From NCBI GenBank assembly GCA_027319905.1, contig DAHVMJ010000001.1, positions 117,630-181,629 of the forward strand: a stretch of DNA of 64,000 bases, read 5' to 3'. The notes beneath the pieces are model-generated. The model was not told the DNA's origin and did not search any database. It worked only from the letters and a program-made list of their open reading frames with translations. The position numbers and the translations under genes are program-made. The stretch is from Candidatus Micrarchaeota archaeon (GTDB taxonomy: Archaea > Micrarchaeota > Micrarchaeia > Micrarchaeales > CABMGC01). Of this stretch, positions 63,857 to 64,000 are shown piece after piece; the first letter of the stretch is position 1, and every line of letters starts with the position of its first letter.

Positions 63857-64000
63857 CTAGGCGAGTGTCCTTATCTGGTACCTTCCGCGCCTTTCTATGT
63901 CAGCCAGTCTCGAGAGCACTTGTGTTGAGTTCTGGTAGGCTCTGGCGTACGCTCCCTCTAACTCCCCGTAGTGTTTCGCGTCTATCGAGCGTTTCATGAG
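63857..64000 (-). CDS. bud32: KEOPS kinase Bud32 (or Kae1-Bud32 fusion), 3' end only
   Basis: Manual translation ...VLSRLADIERRGRYQIRTLA*, matching the Bud32 C-terminal RGRY signature. Confidence 0.7.
   Translation of the reverse strand, partial: LMKRSIDAKHYGELEGAYARAYQNSTQVLSRLADIERRGRYQIRTLA

Noticed and set aside
1..64000. CRISPR array, rRNA, integrase or transposase
   Set aside because: No regularly spaced repeat-spacer series, no rRNA-like stretch and no recombinase or transposase motifs in any ORF.

Overview
A 64-kb stretch of core chromosome from a DPANN archaeon, most likely Candidatus Micrarchaeota. That assignment is inferred from the archaeal information-processing genes, DNA gyrase, a three-unit epsilon2-type tRNA splicing endonuclease, tRNAs with non-canonical introns and tRNA-Ile(UAU). 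The window holds partial gyrB, TFE, GINS-rpl44e-aIF2alpha-PAC2, thyX, radA, tpi, dph5, endA, two divergent tmk paralogues, priS, the rpl3...rpl29-aIF1 block, an 11-subunit complex I-like (nuo) set with nuoM displaced, pcna-priL, srp54, rpl41e, partial bud32 and seven tRNAs. No CRISPR array, rRNA, integrase or transposase was seen. The most interesting observations are: (1) a 48-aa Cys/His-rich microprotein that exactly fills the nuoA-nuoB gap and is missing from the ORF track; (2) three dispersed pilin-like LamG genes with constant ends and a hypervariable AT-richer core; (3) tRNA-iMet with a T-loop intron and tRNA-Asp with two structurally competing introns; (4) a PriL whose Fe-S domain appears replaced by PriX; (5) a multi-pass membrane double-AAA ATPase; (6) a GHKL-HExxH fusion and a 996-aa tandem metallophosphoesterase; (7) a degenerate tmk pair beside a phage-type dATP/dGTP diphosphohydrolase and a methyltransferase; (8) a candidate structured ncRNA upstream of an EamA transporter. 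All calls come from reading motifs by eye; no database searches were run.
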